Source: an uncultured Pseudomonadota bacterium (lineage in GTDB: Bacteria; Myxococcota_A; Polyangia; Fen-1088). From it: a DNA stretch of 64,000 nt. Of this stretch, positions 34,719 through 47,168 are shown one piece after another. Numbering within the stretch: the stretch's first letter is position 1; the number at the start of each line of letters is the position of its first letter. Position numbers and translations under genes: made by a program. The DNA is taken from positions 384,001 to 448,000 of the forward strand of contig CAWKBC010000030.1 in assembly GCA_963847705.1 (NCBI GenBank), in the 5' to 3' direction. The notes beneath the pieces were generated by a model. That model did not search any database. It saw nothing but the letters and a program-made list of their open reading frames with translations, and was not told the origin of the DNA.

Positions 34719-36856
34719 GCCTTGACCCTGCCGCGCCGAAACCGCAGGGTCAACAGCGACTCGAGCAGCACGAGCGCGATGGCGGCAGCGCCCAGCGCGT
34801 GCCACAGCTCGAGCCGCCGGCGCGGCGCCACCCCGGGGGTGGTGGACCCCGCGGTGCGATCGGGGCGCTTGTCCTCGGGGAGTCGCGCCGGATCCGACTC
34901 GTGCGGGTCGAGGTTGACGACGAAGGCAGCGTCGGGACGATCGGTGATGGTGCCGTCGCCGCGCGCCGCGCGCACGCGATAGAAGCCGGGCTCGTCGGTC
35001 TCCGCGAAGGTGAGGGTGCGGCGGGCGCGGGCGTCGCCGCTGCGTGCGGGTGGCGTCAGCCAGCGCGACTCGCCGGCGGGGGGCACGATCTCCACCCGGC
35101 GATCGTCGGGCTCGAGCGCGATCTCCCGCTTCTGTCCGACCGCGATGGCGGTGGCTGCCTCGCCGGACGGGGCGCCGGCCAGGTAGCGGGCGATCTCCTG
35201 AATCAGCGGCAGGAATCCCGGGCGGATCGGCAGGTCGGTCCATTCGCGGTCGACCGTGGTGGTGAGCAGGAGGACGCGTCCGCGACCGACCTCGGCTTCG
35301 ACCAGCGCCGGCGCGCCGCTCTCGTAGCGGAGCACGATCTGCCGTCCGGGCGCGTCCGGCTGCGGTGAGAGCAGCACGTACTGGAAGAAGCGCGCGGACG
35401 ACAACCCGTCGCCGTGCGCCGGAAAGGCCGACAGGAGCGGGTGGCGGCGATCGATCGGCGCCAGGCGCTCGGCCGGGCGGAGATCGACCGTCTCCCCCTC
35501 GGCGTGCGCGCCTGGCAGCGCGGCGGCGCTCCGTTTGAGGCCGAGCGGCTGCGGCAGGATCTCCTTGGCGGCCTGGTTCCAGGCGTCGGTGTCGACGCGG
35601 TCGCCGACCGAGATGAAGAGGCCCCCGCCCGCCTCGACGTAATGGATCAGCGCCGCGGCCACCGTCGGCGACGGGCGATTCACGTTGGCCACGAAGATGG
35701 CGCCGAAGGCGGAGAGGTCGCGGCCGGCGAGGTCGTCGGGGAGCGTGCTCGTGACCGAGAAGCCGCTCCCCCCCGCCCGCAGCGCCGCGTCGAGGAAGAA
35801 GGTCTCGTCCTCCGTCCGGACGGTGCGTGGATCTCCGTCGACGATCAGCACCCGCAGACCCCGTGAGGCCTCGACCAGGCAAGCCCGCCGATCGTCGAGC
35901 GGGAAGGCGTCCTTGTCGATCGCCACCTCGGCCTCGTGCGCGCTGCCGCCGGCGGTGGTGAGGACGAACCGCTTGCGGGCGCGACCAGCCGCGGGGACGT
36001 CGACGAAGCCACGCGCCACCTCGGCGCCGTCGAGCGCCAGCGTCACGCCGAGGTTCCGCACCGGCTCGGGCGAGAAGTTGGCGATCTCGGCGATGACCGC
36101 GATCCCCTGGGCCCCCTCCTCGGGCGCCGGCTCGGCGTCGAGCGCGAGCACCGCGCGGTTGGTCCAGGCAGCGCCCCCGCTGGCGTCGAGCAGGACGATC
36201 TGGGGAGCGCCCGGGCCGGTGGCGGGCTTGACGTCGTCCCACCCCGCCGCCTGCAGATCGGTGGCGACGTAGATCAGGCGATCGGCCCGGGTGGAGCCGG
36301 CCAGGATCTGCGTCGCGCGCCGAAGGGCGGCGGCAAAATCGGCGCGGCGGGCCGAGCTCGGGACCGCCTCGAGCGCGGCCACCACGCGCGCCCGATCGCT
36401 GGCCAGCTCGGCGATCGGCGCCGCCGAGCCCTCCGACGCCAGCACCAGCGCGACCTCCGAGTCGCCCGACAGATGCTCGATCACCGCCCGGGCCTTGGCA
36501 CGGGCGGCGTCGAACGGCGTTCCCCCCTCGGCCGCCCGCCGGCGCATGCTGGCCGAGTCGTCGAGGACCACCACCGCGCTCTGCGAACGGCCGGTCACCG
36601 CCGGCAGGTCCGACCGGACCTCGGCGAACGGGCGGGCGAAGGCCAGCGGCAGCGCCATCGCCAGGCCGGTGCGGGCGAACAGCAAGAGCGCGTCGCGCAG
36701 CCTCCGCCGCGCCGAGACCTCGTGCTCGGCGCGCAGCAGAAGCTCCATCGCCGCGAAGCGGATCGGCCGGGCATGGCGCCGCCCGATCCGGTGGATGATC
36801 GCCGGGAGGGCGGCGGCCAGGAGGCCGAGCAAGAGCGAGGGCGCGAGAAAATGCAT
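34715..36856 (-). CDS. BatA N-terminal + vWA + GATase-like domain membrane protein
   Basis: MHFLAPSLLLGLLAAALPAIIH..FAAMELL BatA motif; VVLDDSASM MIDAS; YVEAGGGLFI; C-terminal ELW..TM..LLES. Confidence 0.85.
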   Translation of the reverse strand: MHFLAPSLLLGLLAAALPAIIHRIGRRHARPIRFAAMELLLRAEHEVSARRRLRDALLLFARTGLAMALPLAFARPFAEVRSDLPAVTGRSQSAVVVLDDSASMRRRAAEGGTPFDAARAKARAVIEHLSGDSEVALVLASEGSAAPIAELASDRARVVAALEAVPSSARRADFAAALRRATQILAGSTRADRLIYVATDLQAAGWDDVKPATGPGAPQIVLLDASGGAAWTNRAVLALDAEPAPEEGAQGIAVIAEIANFSPEPVRNLGVTLALDGAEVARGFVDVPAAGRARKRFVLTTAGGSAHEAEVAIDKDAFPLDDRRACLVEASRGLRVLIVDGDPRTVRTEDETFFLDAALRAGGSGFSVTSTLPDDLAGRDLSAFGAIFVANVNRPSPTVAAALIHYVEAGGGLFISVGDRVDTDAWNQAAKEILPQPLGLKRSAAALPGAHAEGETVDLRPAERLAPIDRRHPLLSAFPAHGDGLSSARFFQYVLLSPQPDAPGRQIVLRYESGAPALVEAEVGRGRVLLLTTTVDREWTDLPIRPGFLPLIQEIARYLAGAPSGEAATAIAVGQKREIALEPDDRRVEIVPPAGESRWLTPPARSGDARARRTLTFAETDEPGFYRVRAARGDGTITDRPDAAFVVNLDPHESDPARLPEDKRPDRTAGSTTPGVAPRRRLELWHALGAAAIALVLLESLLTLRFRRGRVKA

Positions 36857-36859
36857 CGG

Positions 36860-37756
<897 letters not shown>

Positions 37757-37771
37757 GGCCCGGCCGCCCCC

Positions 37772-38803
<1,032 letters not shown>

Positions 38804-38960
38804 GCGCGGCCAGAATGCCATGCGGGGCGGGCGGTTGCCACGGCGTCACCCAAATGAACGGCGAAGCGGGCAGCGATCAGCAGATTCCTGACCTCCGGCT
38901 GTGGTGGCGGGCTCGGCCGTGCGGGGCGCTTCGTGTTATTGATGCCCCCAGGAGGCGGTC

Positions 38961-39431
38961 ATGCAGCGTGTGCGTCAATTCTTCCTGGTGGGACTTCTGG
39001 CGACGACGGTGTTCGGCGCCCTGACGCTGGCGCCCCGGGCCGCGGTCGCGGGCGGGCGGATCGTGGTGAGCGACGTCGAGTTCGGCTCCTTCGCCTCGGA
39101 GAAGGAGATGAACGCCGCCCTCAAGAAGCAGGGGAAGACGACCTTCAAGGGGGGCGGGTCCTGGACGCTCAACATGATGATCTTCCTGGGCGCCGGGGCC
39201 GGCGGCAACAAGATCAACGTCGTCTATTACGACGTCTCCAAGCATCCGCCCGACCAGGTCAACTTCACCGAGGTGGGCGTCAAGCCCGACCAGAAGATCG
39301 TCCAGCTCAACGGCCAGGCGATCTCGACCGACATGGGGTTCGTCAAAGGGCACAAGTACGAGGTGCGCGCCACCCGGGTGGTGGGCGGCAAAGAGAAGGT
39401 CTACGCCAAGACCACGATCACCTTGAAGTGA
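38961..39431 (+). CDS. Secreted hypothetical protein (probable beta-sandwich)
   Basis: AGGAGG SD, signal peptide ending AVA, typical codon usage, alternating beta-strand pattern. Confidence 0.75.
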   Translation: MQRVRQFFLVGLLATTVFGALTLAPRAAVAGGRIVVSDVEFGSFASEKEMNAALKKQGKTTFKGGGSWTLNMMIFLGAGAGGNKINVVYYDVSKHPPDQVNFTEVGVKPDQKIVQLNGQAISTDMGFVKGHKYEVRATRVVGGKEKVYAKTTITLK

Positions 39432-39438
39432 TCGCGCC

Positions 39439-41682
39439 TTGACCGTGATGGCGCCGAGGCCCGCGCGCGCCCTCGCGGTTGCGCTGCTGGCGATCGTGGC
39501 GTCGTCGTCGTTGACGGGTTGTGTCCGGGCGCCGCGCGGCGAGACTCCCGACAAGAACGCGCTCTACCTCGATCCACGCCGCCCGGCCCCCGAGCGGGCC
39601 GCGGATCTGGTGCGGCGGATGACCGTCGGCGAGAAGCTCGGGCAATTGATGACGTCGGCCCCAGAGATCCCGCGCCTCGGCGTCCCGGCCTACGACTGGT
39701 GGAGCGAGGCGCTGCACGGCGTGGCCCGCGCCGGCCGCGCCACGGTCTTCCCGCAGGCGATCGCGCTGGCGGCGACGTTCGACGCGCCGCTGGTTCGGGA
39801 GGTGGCGAGCGTCATCTCCGACGAGGCGCGCGCGAAGTTCAACCTCGCCCAGGCGCGCGGCGAGGGCGGCCGCTACCAGGGGCTGACGTTCTTCTCGCCC
39901 AACATCAACATCTTCCGCGATCCGCGCTGGGGACGCGGGCAGGAGACCTACGGCGAGGACCCGCTCTTGACCTCGCGGATGGGCGTCGCGTTCATCGAGG
40001 GGATGCAGGGGGAGGAGCAGGGCCGCGTTGACGACGCGGGTCTCCTCAAGACCGTCGCCACCGCCAAGCATTTCGCGGTGCACAGCGGACCGGAGGCCGA
40101 TCGCCATTCGTTCGACGCACGCCCGAGCGAGCACGATCTGGCCGACACCTACCTGCCGCAGTTCGAGGCCGCCGTGCGCGAGGCGCATGTCGGGTCGGTG
40201 ATGGCCGCCTACAACCGCGTCGACGGCGCGCCGGCCGCGGCCAGCCCGCGGCTGCTCGAGGAGACGCTGCGCAAGACCTGGGGGTTCGCCGGCTACGTGG
40301 TCGGCGACTGCGGCGCGGTGGACGACATCTTCGCCCGCCATCATGCAGCGCCCTCGCCCGAGGCGGCCGCGGCGATGGCGCTGCGCGCGGGGACCGATCT
40401 CGACTGCGGCCGGGCGTACGCCGCGCTGGGGCCGGCGCTGGCAGGTGGCCTCGTGACCCAGGCGGAGCTCGATCGCGCTCTGGTCCGTCTTTTCACCGCG
40501 CGCTTCCGGCTGGGGTTGTTCGATCCCGGGGTGGCGACGCCCTGGTCGGCGCTCGGTGAGGCGACGCTCGACTCGCCCGCGCACCGGCAGCTGGCCCGCG
40601 CGGCGGCGGCGCGGGCGGTGGTGTTGCTGGAGAATCGAGAGGGGGCCTTGCCGCTCGGACAGTCGGTGAAGCGGATCGCGGTGGTGGGACCGACGGCCGA
40701 CGACGAGGAGGTGTTGCTGGCCAACTACCACGGCACGCCCTCGCACGCGGTGACCCTGCTCGAAGGCATTCGCGCCGCCGCCCGCGCCCGCGGTGCGACG
40801 GTCCGTTACGCGCGCGGCGCCACGCTGGCGGGTTCCGGCGGCTCGAGCGCCCAGCTGCGCGAGGCGATCAGCGCCGCACGCAAGAGCGACGTCGTGGTCG
40901 CCGTCCTCGGGCTCGATCCGCGGCTCGAAGGGGAAGAGAACGACAGCGCGCTCAACCCCGCGGGCGATCGCCGCGCGCTGGGCCTGCCGGCCTCGCAGGA
41001 GAACCTGCTGGAGGCGCTGGTGGCCACCGGCAAGCCGGTGATCGTCGTGCTCACCGGCGGCAGCGCGCTCGCCGTCCCCTTCGCCGCGGCGCACGCCGCC
41101 GCGCTGCTCGAGGCCTGGTACCCGGGCGAGGAGGGGGGGGACGGCGTCGCGGACGTTCTCTTCGGTGAGGTGAATCCAGCCGGTCGGCTGCCGATCACCT
41201 TCTATCGCTCGCTGGCCGAGCTGCCGCCCTTCGCCGACTATGCGATGCGCGGGCGCACCTACCGCTACCTCACGCAGCCGCCGCTCTACCAGTTCGGCGA
41301 GGGCCTCTCGTACACCACGTTCGGGTACGCAAATCTGGTGGTCACGCCGGATCTCAAGACGATCTCCGTCGAGGTGGAGAATCGCGGCGGGCGGGCCGGC
41401 GACGAGGTGGTGGAGGTCTATCTGATCCCCCGAGACCCGCCCGCCTATGCACCGCGCCTCTGGCTGGCGGCCTTCGCGCGCGTTCCGCTCACGCCGGGGG
41501 AGCGACGGACCGTCTCGCTGGCGCTGCCTCCGGAGGCGCTGACGCTGGTCGACGAGCAGGGACAGCGGCGGCCGATCACGGGGACAGTCGACATCGCGGT
41601 CGGCGGCGCCCAGCCGGATCGCGAGGGGCGCTACGCCGACGGCGCCCGAGGCCTCACGACCTCGGTGCGCCTCGGAAACTGA
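39439..41682 (+). CDS. GH3 beta-xylosidase/glucosidase lipoprotein
   Basis: Lipobox LTGC; WWSEALHG, RDPRWGRGQETYGEDP, KHFAVH, VGDCGAV, WYPGEEGG, FGEGLSYT; start could be ATG 39448. Confidence 0.92.
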   Translation: MTVMAPRPARALAVALLAIVASSSLTGCVRAPRGETPDKNALYLDPRRPAPERAADLVRRMTVGEKLGQLMTSAPEIPRLGVPAYDWWSEALHGVARAGRATVFPQAIALAATFDAPLVREVASVISDEARAKFNLAQARGEGGRYQGLTFFSPNINIFRDPRWGRGQETYGEDPLLTSRMGVAFIEGMQGEEQGRVDDAGLLKTVATAKHFAVHSGPEADRHSFDARPSEHDLADTYLPQFEAAVREAHVGSVMAAYNRVDGAPAAASPRLLEETLRKTWGFAGYVVGDCGAVDDIFARHHAAPSPEAAAAMALRAGTDLDCGRAYAALGPALAGGLVTQAELDRALVRLFTARFRLGLFDPGVATPWSALGEATLDSPAHRQLARAAAARAVVLLENREGALPLGQSVKRIAVVGPTADDEEVLLANYHGTPSHAVTLLEGIRAAARARGATVRYARGATLAGSGGSSAQLREAISAARKSDVVVAVLGLDPRLEGEENDSALNPAGDRRALGLPASQENLLEALVATGKPVIVVLTGGSALAVPFAAAHAAALLEAWYPGEEGGDGVADVLFGEVNPAGRLPITFYRSLAELPPFADYAMRGRTYRYLTQPPLYQFGEGLSYTTFGYANLVVTPDLKTISVEVENRGGRAGDEVVEVYLIPRDPPAYAPRLWLAAFARVPLTPGERRTVSLALPPEALTLVDEQGQRRPITGTVDIAVGGAQPDREGRYADGARGLTTSVRLGN

Positions 41683-41684
41683 GG

Positions 41685-42257
41685 CTAACGGAAGAAGTAA
41701 ACGAACCCGAAGTCGTTGGCTTCCTGGCCGCCCAGCGAGAAGGTGGTGGCAGAGTTGTTGTCTCCGAAGGAGAGCGAGAAGCCGACGCGACCGAGAAGCG
41801 CGAAGTTGGGGGTCAGGAAGACGCGGGCTTCGACGCCAGGATCGAGCGAGAACAGCGTCCGCGAGTTACCGGGCCCGGGCGCCGACTGGTAAGCGAGGCC
41901 TACGCCGCCGCCAATTGAAAAGTCGGCGCTCGCGCCGCGGGCCAGGTGGTACCAACCGGAGCCCCCGACGTCGAAGTTCGTCGTCGAAGCCCCATTTTGC
42001 GACGCGGTGGAGAACCCGAGGACGGCCTCGATGTGAAAGATGGCGGCGTCATAGACGAAAAGGGCACCGGCGAGGCCAATCGGATCAAGGAAGGCAACCG
42101 CGCCGACGCCGATGCCGCCGCCGCCCAGGGAGGTCACCGGCGCCGCGTTCGGCGGTGGCGCGTTGGCGGGCGGGGGCGGCTCGGTCTGGGCGAAGGCGGG
42201 AGTGGCGGCGCAGAGCGCGAGGCCACCGAGGAGAGAGAGGAGTAGGGGCTTTTTCAT
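41685..42257 (-). CDS. Small outer-membrane beta-barrel protein
   Basis: GGAGG SD, signal peptide AFA-Q, about 8 amphipathic strands, terminal GFVYFFR. Confidence 0.75.
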   Translation of the reverse strand: MKKPLLLSLLGGLALCAATPAFAQTEPPPPANAPPPNAAPVTSLGGGGIGVGAVAFLDPIGLAGALFVYDAAIFHIEAVLGFSTASQNGASTTNFDVGGSGWYHLARGASADFSIGGGVGLAYQSAPGPGNSRTLFSLDPGVEARVFLTPNFALLGRVGFSLSFGDNNSATTFSLGGQEANDFGFVYFFR

Positions 42258-42363
42258 TCGAAACGACCTCCGTTTGTTTTTACGGACGTCCGGCATCTCG
42301 CCGACGCCAGCCCGGCCAGTATCGCTACCTATGCGAGGCCGTCAACTTCGCGCAGCCGCGCGG

Positions 42364-44020
42364 CTACTCGGCGCCCAGCTCTTTGCAGAGCTGCTGCTCG
42401 CGCGCGATCTCGGCGGCGGTCGCCCGCGCATCGGCGGGCAGTCTCCCGTACGCCGCGGCGAGCGCGCAGTGGACGCGCGGGTCGAACGGGTTGGTCGCCA
42501 GCGAGGCGCGCAGCGCGGTGACGGCGCCTGGCGCGTCGCCCAGCGCCAGGCGGGCCTCGCCGGCGATGAGGTTGGGCCAGGGGAGATCGGGGTAGAGCGC
42601 CTGCACCGGGGCCAGCGCCTTGAGCGCCCGCTCGGGCTCGCCGAGCGTCAGGTAGGTTCGCCCCAGCTTCACCGGGAAGATCCAGGTCGCCGAGGGATCG
42701 CTGCGCGTGCTGGCGGTGATGGCCTTCTGCCCCTTTTCGTATTCGGCGGCCGCCGCGCGCGGGTGATCGCGCCCGAGCAGCATGTTGCCGAGCCGCAGGT
42801 AACGAAACGGCGCGCTCGCCTTCAAGGCCGGCGACAGCGCGTCCTCCTCGGCGGGCTTGCGTCCGGAGGCGATGGCGTTCGGCTTGCGGATGTGGGTGGT
42901 GGCGATGTCGATGGCCGGGAAGGTCTTGTAGTGCTGCGCCACCATGAAGGCGCGCCAGCCGCGCTCGAACTCGGGCCACCCGCCGCCGGCGGCGGCCGCC
43001 ACCGCCTGGCGCGCGTCCTCGCCGTCGCCCACGCGCTTGATGGCCTCGCGCAGCGCTGCCATCCCGCCTTTTTCGTAGAGGTAGGCGATGGCGTTCTCGA
43101 CCTCGGCGAAGGCGAGGGTGGCGTCCTCGGCCGACGGCAGCTTGGCCATCGAGGGGTGCATCGCCTCGAAGCTGATGAGGTGGCCGGAGCGCAGCGCCTT
43201 GGCCAGCAGGTGCTCCATCGGCGGCGGGATGCGCCCCCCGGGCGGCTCGCGCCAGCGGCGTTCGAGGAACTTGGCCAGTCCTTCCTGGAACCAGACCGGC
43301 GCCCGGTCTTTCGTCAAGGTGGAGACCGCGTAGTGGACCAGCTCGTGGTTCATGCTGTCGAGCCAGGGGTAGCCGTAGGCCAGCGCGCGCGGGGTGGTGA
43401 CCATCAGGCGCGCCCACTTGCAGAGCGCGATCGTCCCGGTGCGCGCCACCTCGGCCACCGACAGCGAGGAGACCGCCGCCAGATCGGACGGGGCGCGATA
43501 GAACTCGACCCGGATCGGCTGCGCGAGCTCGAAGCCGAGATCGGCGTGCAGCGCGGCGTACGCCGCCTCGACGGTGTCGCGGGCGTAGGGGACGAGGGCG
43601 GCGTCCTCGGGCGCGTAGTGGATGATGGCGTGGGGCGAGCGCTCCTCGCGGAAGTCCTTGATGGCGTCGCGGGCGGCGGCGGCCAGGTCCTTGAGCGACT
43701 TCACCTCCCCGTTGGCCGGCTGCGCGTCGGAGGCCGCGGAGAGCGCCCGGACCGCGCCGTCGTAGTCGCCGGCCAGGAATTTCTGGTAGCCGTCCAGGAA
43801 GTTCGTGGTGGGCGCCCCGGGGGCGGCGGTCTTCAGCGTCGCCAGCGCGGCGGCGGCCTCCTTGAATTGCCAGGCGTCGAGGAGCGCGTCGACCTGCTTG
43901 GCGGCGGCGCCCAGAATCGGCCGGTGTGGCGGGCGCGGGCGCGCCATTGGCCGCCCGCGCCACGGACGCCCCCGCGAGCGAGAGCACGGCCAGGACGAGC
44001 GCCGTCGGACCGCGCCTCAT
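42364..44020 (-). CDS. Secreted TPR + gluzincin (peptidase MA) protein; +1 frameshift at 43915-43916 (probably a sequencing error)
   Basis: Signal peptide MRRGPTALVLAVLSLAGASVARA in one frame joins ADLGAAAKQVDALL after removing one base; HELVH and WFQEGLA zinc motifs; ATGA overlap with the upstream gene. Confidence 0.82.
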
Positions 44021-47000
44021 TTGACCAGCTCCTCGTAGTAGCGGCGGACCTCGTCGCGGTAGCGCTCGGGCGCCCGTTCCTTCATGGCGTCCAGCAGCTC
44101 CTGCCGCCAGGCGCGCGGCGCGCTCGACTCGTCGGCGCCCGGGATGCGCACCGGATCGTGGTGCTGCTCGCTGCCGCCCATCGACCGCTCCTGCATCGAG
44201 TCGCGCAGCTTCCCCAGCCGGTCGGCGGCGTCGCGCTCGGCCGTGGCGGCCGGCTTCGACTCGTCCCGCTTGAGCGACTCGCCCGCCTCCTTCATCCGCG
44301 CGCCGGCCCCCTTGAGCTCCCCTTCGGCCTTCTCCATTCCAGGCATCTTGCCGAGGCGCCGGGCCGCCTCTCCGGCCAGGTCCTCGGTGCGCTTTCCGAT
44401 GGCCGCCTGCTTCTCGGCCTGGCCGCGCGCCGCTTCGCGGTCGGCCGGCGTCAACGTCTCCGAGGGCTTGGGCATCACCTTCGACAAATCGTCGGCGATC
44501 TCCTGGGCCAGCCCGCGCGCCTCGCCGACCGCGTCCGCGCGCTTGTCGTGCTCCCCCTCGACGCCGCCGCGACGGGCGCGGCGCGCTTCGGCCATCTCGT
44601 CGAGGTGCTCGCCGGCGCGTTCCAGACTGCTCTCGGCCCGCTCGGCTTCCCCCTTGGCCTCGGCCAGATCGCGCTCGGTCAAGAGGCGCCGCATCTGCTT
44701 GGCGCTCTCGCGCGCGCGGCCGATCTCCTCGCTGAGCGCGCTCTCCGGATCGCCGGTGGGGACGCTGGCCAGCTTCTGCTTGAGCTGATCGATCTTTTCA
44801 CCTTCGCGCTTGAGCAGCTCGTCCATCTGCCCCTTCAGCCGCCGCTCGACCTCCGCCTCCTGCTTCTCGGAGATCGCCTGCGTCTCCTTTTGCAACGCGC
44901 GCTCGTCCCCTTCGATGTCGCCGATCTTCTTCATCAGATCGGCGACCACCCGGTTTTCCTGGGGGAACCGCTCGGCGCCGAACCCGTCCAGGTTCTGATC
45001 GAGCATCTTGCGCATGCCGCGCAGATCGTCGCCCAGCTGGGCCAGCGCCTTTTCCAGATCGGCGTCGTTCCCCTTCTCGATCATGTCGTCCAGCTTGCGG
45101 GCCTGCTCCTGCAGCCCCTTCATGTCCGGAAGGTTTCGCCACTCCTCGGAGACGTCGTTGCGCGCCTGCACCGCGGCGATCTTCTGCGCCAGATCGGCCA
45201 GGCGGGCGCGCAGGTCGCGGGCCTCACGCGCCAGCTGGCGCCGCAGCCCCTCGTCCTTGGTCTTCTTGTAGCGTTCCAGCAGATCGGCCAGCCGCTGATG
45301 CGCTTCGGTCAGCTCCTTGCCGAGGGTGGCGAGATCTTCCAGCCGCTGCCGGCCGATCAGATCGTCGAGCCGCAGCACGTCGCTCTCCAGCTCGGCGACC
45401 TGCTTGGCCGAGGCGGCCTCGAGGCGCGCGCGCCCGGCGCCGGGCCTGGTCTTCAGCGCCGACAGCGCCTGCCCCTCCTCGCGCAGGAGGTGCTCCAGCC
45501 GATCGGCGATCCCGGCCAGGGCCGCCCGCAGCGACTTGCCCAGAACCGCTTCGCGCCGATCTTCATCGAGCAGCCGCCCGAGGAGCGCCAGGTGCGCCTC
45601 CTCGGCCTCGTGCTCCGCGGCCAGCGCCGCCAACCGCTCGTCCGCGGCCGCCGCCGCGCTGATGCCCGGCGCGGGTGGCGGCGCCACCGCAGGGTCGCGC
45701 TCCAACCGCGCCGCCAGATCGCCCATCAGTTTTTCCAGCACGTCGCGCTGGCGTTCCAGGCGGTCCTCCAGATTCTGGTGCGGGTTCTGGATCACCACGT
45801 AGAGCGTTCGCGACGAGCCGACCTTCGGTCCTGCGATCTGATCGCGATCGTGCGCCTCGATCCGGTAAGCGATCCGCTCGGCGCCCACCAGGCCGGTGGT
45901 GGCCGGATCCCACACCGTCCGCCCCTGCACCGCGCGCCCGCCGGCCCCGTCGCGCAGCGGCACCCGCTGCTCCGGGCGATCGCCGATGCGATAGACCAGC
46001 TCGATGGCGCCCAGCCCGAAGTCGTCGCTGGCCGAGTAGCCGATCTCGATCGGCCGCGGCGTCGCCAGCTCCAGCCGATCGGCGGGCCCCAGGATCTCGA
46101 CGCGCGGCGGGGCGTCGGGCTCCGCGGTCAGGCGGTGGCTGCGCTCCTCGCGGATCGGGCGTCCGAACGGCGGCTCCAGCCAAAATCGATAGCTCCCGTC
46201 CTGGGTCAGCGTCAGCTCGGCGGTCAGCGTGTCGCCCGACAGCGCCACCGAGAGCTCGCCCGCCTCGCCCGCCTCGCCGAGCAGCAGGAGCGCGCGGTGG
46301 GCCGGGCGCAGCGGGTGGGTCTCGATCCGGACGTGCGTCCCCTTGACCGCCGCGATGTCGCCGGTGGACCCCTCGACCGTGCGGGCGGGAAGGCCGGTGT
46401 AGGCCGGATACTCGTAGGTGACGCGAACGTCGCCGACCAGCGGCACCGTGGAGATCGCGGCCCCTTCGAAGCGCGAGGGGCGGTGCACCAGCGTGTGGAG
46501 GCCCCGGGCCACCATCGGCCAGGTGGCCATCGCCGCGACCAACCCCGCCGCGATCAGCCCCGACACGGCCAGGGCGCGCACCGCCGGACCCAAGGAGACG
46601 AGGCCCCCCGGGGCGACCGGCGCCAGCGCCCCGGCCACCTGCTCGCGGAAGGCCTGCACCAGCGCCGGCGAAGCCGCGCCGCGCGCCTCGGCCGGCGCCG
46701 TCGCGAGCTCGGCCCCCGCGAGCTCCACCGCGGACAGCAGATCGCTGGCCATCGCCGGCAGGAGCGCGCCGGTGCGCCGGGCTGCCGCGCGATCGTCGCG
46801 CAGCGCGTGCGCGGGGACGAGCACCCCGCGCCCCAGCACCACCAGGGCCAAGGCGCCGGCGAAGCAGGCGGTCACCGTGGGCCAGAAATCAGCGGGACCG
46901 ACCACCGCCGCCGAAAGACCGAGCGCGAACAGCCCGACCCCCAGCGCCGCGGCGCCGTAGCCCGCCGCCTGCAGGCCCGCGCGCAGCAGGAGCCGCCGCC

Positions 47001-47043
47001 GCACCGCCGCCAGGAAGCTCTGAATTCCGTCCCGCTCGCTCAT
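44017..47043 (-). CDS. DUF4175-like membrane-anchored coiled-coil protein
   Basis: N-terminal TMs, YPAYTGLP, DAPPRV, ASDDFGL Ig-like region, long coiled coil, C-terminal PERYRDEVRRYYEEL. Confidence 0.8.
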   Translation of the reverse strand: MSERDGIQSFLAAVRRRLLLRAGLQAAGYGAAALGVGLFALGLSAAVVGPADFWPTVTACFAGALALVVLGRGVLVPAHALRDDRAAARRTGALLPAMASDLLSAVELAGAELATAPAEARGAASPALVQAFREQVAGALAPVAPGGLVSLGPAVRALAVSGLIAAGLVAAMATWPMVARGLHTLVHRPSRFEGAAISTVPLVGDVRVTYEYPAYTGLPARTVEGSTGDIAAVKGTHVRIETHPLRPAHRALLLLGEAGEAGELSVALSGDTLTAELTLTQDGSYRFWLEPPFGRPIREERSHRLTAEPDAPPRVEILGPADRLELATPRPIEIGYSASDDFGLGAIELVYRIGDRPEQRVPLRDGAGGRAVQGRTVWDPATTGLVGAERIAYRIEAHDRDQIAGPKVGSSRTLYVVIQNPHQNLEDRLERQRDVLEKLMGDLAARLERDPAVAPPPAPGISAAAAADERLAALAAEHEAEEAHLALLGRLLDEDRREAVLGKSLRAALAGIADRLEHLLREEGQALSALKTRPGAGRARLEAASAKQVAELESDVLRLDDLIGRQRLEDLATLGKELTEAHQRLADLLERYKKTKDEGLRRQLAREARDLRARLADLAQKIAAVQARNDVSEEWRNLPDMKGLQEQARKLDDMIEKGNDADLEKALAQLGDDLRGMRKMLDQNLDGFGAERFPQENRVVADLMKKIGDIEGDERALQKETQAISEKQEAEVERRLKGQMDELLKREGEKIDQLKQKLASVPTGDPESALSEEIGRARESAKQMRRLLTERDLAEAKGEAERAESSLERAGEHLDEMAEARRARRGGVEGEHDKRADAVGEARGLAQEIADDLSKVMPKPSETLTPADREAARGQAEKQAAIGKRTEDLAGEAARRLGKMPGMEKAEGELKGAGARMKEAGESLKRDESKPAATAERDAADRLGKLRDSMQERSMGGSEQHHDPVRIPGADESSAPRAWRQELLDAMKERAPERYRDEVRRYYEELVK

Positions 47044-47168
47044 CGCCTGCGCCGAATCGTATCAACTTCGGGGCGTCGCGGCCCCCCGAGTCGCCTTTGA
47101 CGCTTGAGCTTTCCATGAACGTCGGCGCACACCCGCCGGCGGCGCAGCCCTGGTAGTATTCGCGGGCC

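Noticed and set aside
43911-43920. Programmed ribosomal frameshifting here, at 7034 and at 59930
   Set aside because: No slippery heptamer or stimulatory structure; a single-base sequencing insertion is simpler
42112-47100. 1662-aa plus-strand ORF and other long ORFs (e.g. 7396-10017, 25258-27903, 29297-31873, 52678-55401, 62042-63934)
   Set aside because: Antisense or alternate-frame shadows of well-supported genes, expected at high GC; Arg/Gly/Ala-rich with no motifs
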